Shown one piece after another: positions 60,381-64,000 of a DNA stretch of 64,000 nucleotides. Location of the stretch: contig JAUZTB010000063.1 of assembly GCA_034780895.1 (NCBI GenBank), positions 31,225,224-31,289,223 on the forward strand. The letters are read 5' to 3'. Under the pieces are notes generated by a model. It ran no database searches. It saw nothing but the letters and a program-made list of their open reading frames with translations, and was not told the origin of the DNA. This DNA is from Rhynchobatus australiae (taxonomy: Eukaryota). Both the position numbers and the translations under genes were made by a program. How positions within the stretch are numbered: position 1 is the first letter of the stretch; each line of letters starts with the position of its first letter.

Positions 60381-63300
60381 ATTTCTTTAAAGTAGTTATT
60401 CTAGTTGGTGTTGATTGCCTGTCCTCGACAACCTTCCCACCCATCCAACCCTAGCTCTCAGTAGGGTGGGCCTTTGTAGGTGTTTGGGCCATTGACAACA
60501 CTGGAGAGTCTATGCATGTCATGGCTATCAGCAAGTTACTGGATGTACAGGGTACTTTCCATCACCCATTCTTTAGGTCATAGATTTTTGTTGGACCTCA
60601 GCCTTCAGGTGCCTGCAGAGCTGTTTCTTCCCCCCTTCACCCCACCCCCCTTGAGGTCTGTTTGAGTTTCCAATCAGAGTTGACCTTGGATTTGGTGCTT
60701 TATCTCCATATCTCCTGGCCATTGTTATTAAACCAACCTCATTGCTTCCAGGAGGGAAACTTCAGGGCAGTACACAATAATTGTGGAATTTACAGCTCCT
60801 ATTGGTTAGCAATCACCAGCTAGTCTGAAAGATGCTGTTTGAGAAGAATTTTGTGGGATCCCAAAATCTTCCACATTAATTTTCTTGCAACAGCATTTCT
60901 GCTATCACTGTTATTCTTTGGTCTGGCTTTAAAGATACTGGAGTGGTCAGGTAAAACAGGGTGCTGTCATGCCAAGAGGGTCTTTCAAGTATTCCGTCAA
61001 GACTCATGGGTTTGGCTTTCCCCATCTCTTCCTTGTCAATTGCACTTTTCTGGAGGTTTGCATTCTTTCCAATGGAAGCATCAAAAGTCACCCAGGAGAG
61101 TCTGTGTCTCCCTCTAAAATGCAGACAAGGCTTCCCCCAGAGATTGGAAGAGGTGATCTCATCTGCAGCTTCCAAGGTTGAGGTGTGAGCTGATGATGGT
61201 AGTAACAACCACCCAAGAAGGTTGCATTCTTCTTTTAGTTAGGCCTCCCAGCTATAGCCACTGCCTTGTTGTGTCCTGACCACTGAGACTCACCAAGGGT
61301 AGTGATGTCAGTGTCAGAGTTCAAGGTTATGATAGTATGATAGTCACTGCTGGAATTATTTATCAGGGGCCTGACATTCCACATTTTATTAATGGATGGA
61401 GGATGCCCATGTACACTTTCTTTCAATGTGGTGTTGCCATTACACAATAGTTAAAACCAGTCTAAGTTACCTTGAAATTCAACACTGCATGTTAAAAGAT
61501 TCATTTCTGCATTATTAATGGAATTGGGGCTGATTTTTTAAAAAAGACAATTATAGAGGTTAATTTATCATTTACTTTATGAAAGAAATCAAAGCAATTA
61601 TTCAGGATGCTTAAAATAGAAGGCATTAAAATTCTTAAAATATCAATTCTTATTGAAACTATAAATAAGTTGCATCAAATAGTTTTTTGTAATAATTCAA
61701 GTCACAGTTATGAAGCACTTGAGCCACTAAATGGATTCCCATCATCTTCCTCACTCAGACATTGTTCTAGAAGTAGTCATTAGGTTTGCACTGGCAAGAG
61801 TTATTTGCAGCAAGATTCAAAACCAACCATTTCACTCCAGAAGTGACAATATTACCAGTTAGCTGGTGGACATTACATCCAAACTCAAAGTTATGGGCTG
61901 CCAACCAGGGGCAATCTTCCAAATTCCATTCACTCAGCTTTGAGATTGGCCAATAACATTCAACCTTCTGACTTGGGAATTCTACTACTAATCCAAAGAC
62001 TTTGCTTCAGTTATGTAATAAGCAGAGATAATGAATTGTATCAAAACCACAACTTAACCAGGATAAGCATTCTGTAAACTTATTGGCCTCTTTGGTAACC
62101 AGGTGCACGACAAAGACCTCCAAAGGGTCAAAATAAAATCTGCCTTCAGTACATTTCTGTTTCCCTAGAAAAGAGGCCACCAACACCTAACAGATGAAAG
62201 GAGAATCTACTAACAAAATCCTAACAGCAACCCATAAGCTTGTTTACAGGTTAGTAAAATGAAAATGGTAACAGTTTCACCAACAAGCAAAATTTAAGAT
62301 CAGAGAGAAATTAGAGCTCTTGTTTCTCAGGTTACTGAAGGATAAGTAGCTTTTGAACACCTCTAGATTCAAGTACATTAACTACTTGCAGAGAAATAAA
62401 TGCTTGACAGAATCACTGTACTTTGGAAAAATGTGAACTGTAGAGGAAGTAGATTGAGCATAACAAGTCCATATCTTCATTTCAGAATTCTCATCCAGCA
62501 TCTTTCTTGGAAAGAATCTTTCTTTGATTGGGTTCATGGGTAGGGATGTGGGCATCTTGTTTTTAAAACTTGAAGTTGTATTTTCATGCTTCAAATTTTA
62601 AAATACACAGACTGGAGCTTTGTGGGTTTGACAGAAAATATATACAGCTGACTTTCACCAAAGATCAATGGATAAAAATGTTGCCTAGAAATAAAGCAAT
62701 AGGATTGGTAGCATGTATTTAGAAAGTTATACCTGATGCAGTTTTTAAAAATCCTGGAGTAGAAAAACCAGATATAGGAACGCCACTTAAGAAATCTAAA
62801 GCCAAGAGGAAAACAAAATCAATAGCAAATAACTTGTCTTACTAAATAAAAAGCAAATTTTTGAACACAAATAATGTTTATTCTCCATAATACCCATTAT
62901 CTGGAGGAAGCTGAAAAAGATATGAGATTGAAGTAGGAATCTAATGAAGCACAGCTAATGTTCTGATTGCCATCCCTCTGAGCAAGTCTTCTTAGTGGGA
63001 TAATGGAACTAATAGTTTTAGCTTTACATTAAGTCACCAATTAGAAAGGAGCATTTTAATAGCTTGGTCTGCTCCTGCAAGAGGAAAGAGCAGAATATTA
63101 ATGACTTGTAATGTGGATATGTGGTGATGTTTCCATTCAGTGACAACTACATTAATGAGGTCACACACACTGTCTAGTCAATTATAAGCCAAGCACAGTG
63201 GAGCAGCACGCTACAGCAAAGAGATGGAGGAAGCATTTAAAGCCAAGATACAAGACATAGGGTTTGTTTTATGAAATCTACTCCAGTTCAAGCAGTTGTG

Positions 63301-63574
63301 GTATTGTTCAATGTTTATACAGTAACAGTACATACTACCAAACTGAATTGCAAAATTTTCTTCCATCAGTATCAACTGCATTCCCATTTCCTTCCTGTCA
63401 CATGAAAATAGCCTACAGTTCTCTGGAACTTAGCCATATTTCTTCAGTTTCTGTCTGTACATCTGCCCATTAGTAAAGTGAAAAATAGTGGGAAGGTGGC
63501 ATTGTGGGAGTCAGGCAAAGAATTGTATCAAGAGCCAGGGGATCCAATTCCCAAAGCCTTCAATGATTTAGAGC

Positions 63575-64000
63575 ATGGATTATAGAACAGCACAGCTCAA
63601 GAACAGGCCCTTCAGCCCACCATGTTGTGTCAAACTAATTAAATTATAAATCAAATGCTCAACTAAACTAATCCCTTCTGCCTACACAAGGTCCATATCC
63701 CTCCATTTCCCACACATTCACGTGCCTATCCAAGAGCATCTTGAATGCCCTTAATTGTATCTGGCTCCAGCANNNNNNNNNNNNNNNNNNNNNNNNNNNN
63801 NNNNNNNNNNNNNNNNNNNNNNNNNNNNNNNNNNNNNNNNNNNNNNNNNNNNNNNNNNNNNNNNNNNNNNNNNNNNNNNNNNNNNNNNNNNNNNNNNNNN
63901 NNNNAGCCTATCAATCTTACAAGCCTCCATCAGATCTCCCCTCAGCCTCTGCTGCTCCAGAGAAAACAACCCAAGTGTGTCCAACCGCTCTCTCTATAGA
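63575..64000 (-). mobile_element. CR1/HER1-type LINE 3' end, continues beyond the window
   Basis: LGLFSLEQQRLRGDLMEACKI; tail tatagaacagcacagctcaagaacaggcccttcagcccaccatgttgtg. Confidence 0.9.

Larger units (their letters stand above)
1752..63904. other. Numerous assembly gaps (N runs of ~10-850 nt, many exactly 100 nt) scattered over this span
   Basis: Seen directly; they generate all the poly-X ORFs in the track. Confidence 0.95.

Noticed and set aside
60839-61210. Cluster of overlapping ORFs with possible KQG and ADD RT-like blocks
   Set aside because: Too decayed to assign; probably an old LINE remnant but not supportable.
1711-63999. Long ORFs of 100-380 aa in the ORF track
   Set aside because: They are mostly X residues read through N gaps and are not real coding sequence.
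1-64000. CRISPR arrays, rRNA, true tRNA genes, prokaryotic operons
   Set aside because: None seen; the DNA is eukaryotic and the only tRNA-like segments are SINE heads.

Overview
Repeat-dominated, gap-ridden vertebrate genomic DNA, AT-rich and CpG-depleted. The repeat mix (HER1/CR1-type LINE tails, V-SINEs, Penelope-like elements) points to a cartilaginous fish (shark or ray); this is inference. I recognise no host protein-coding gene, tRNA or rRNA. The long ORFs in the track are N-gap artefacts or transposon relics. By manual translation on both strands I found: (i) a decayed but architecturally complete Ty3/Gypsy LTR retrotransposon (~20.0-24.2 kb) with two diverged LTRs, PBS- and PPT-like sites, gag, RNase H and integrase, but with the RT core deleted; (ii) several PIF/Harbinger (HARBI1-like) transposase fossils, one with a convergent Myb/SANT-like partner gene (~40.7-42.2 kb); (iii) Penelope-like GIY-YIG elements in inverted arrangements with degenerate minimal hammerhead-ribozyme motifs; (iv) many CR1, RTE, L2 and CR1/Zenon-like LINE fragments, V-SINEs and a Tigger-like MITE; (v) a few weak orphan exon candidates. 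Repeat boundaries are approximate (tens of bp) and family names come from motif recognition, not database searches. I found no convincing new biological system; the best leads are listed as findings.
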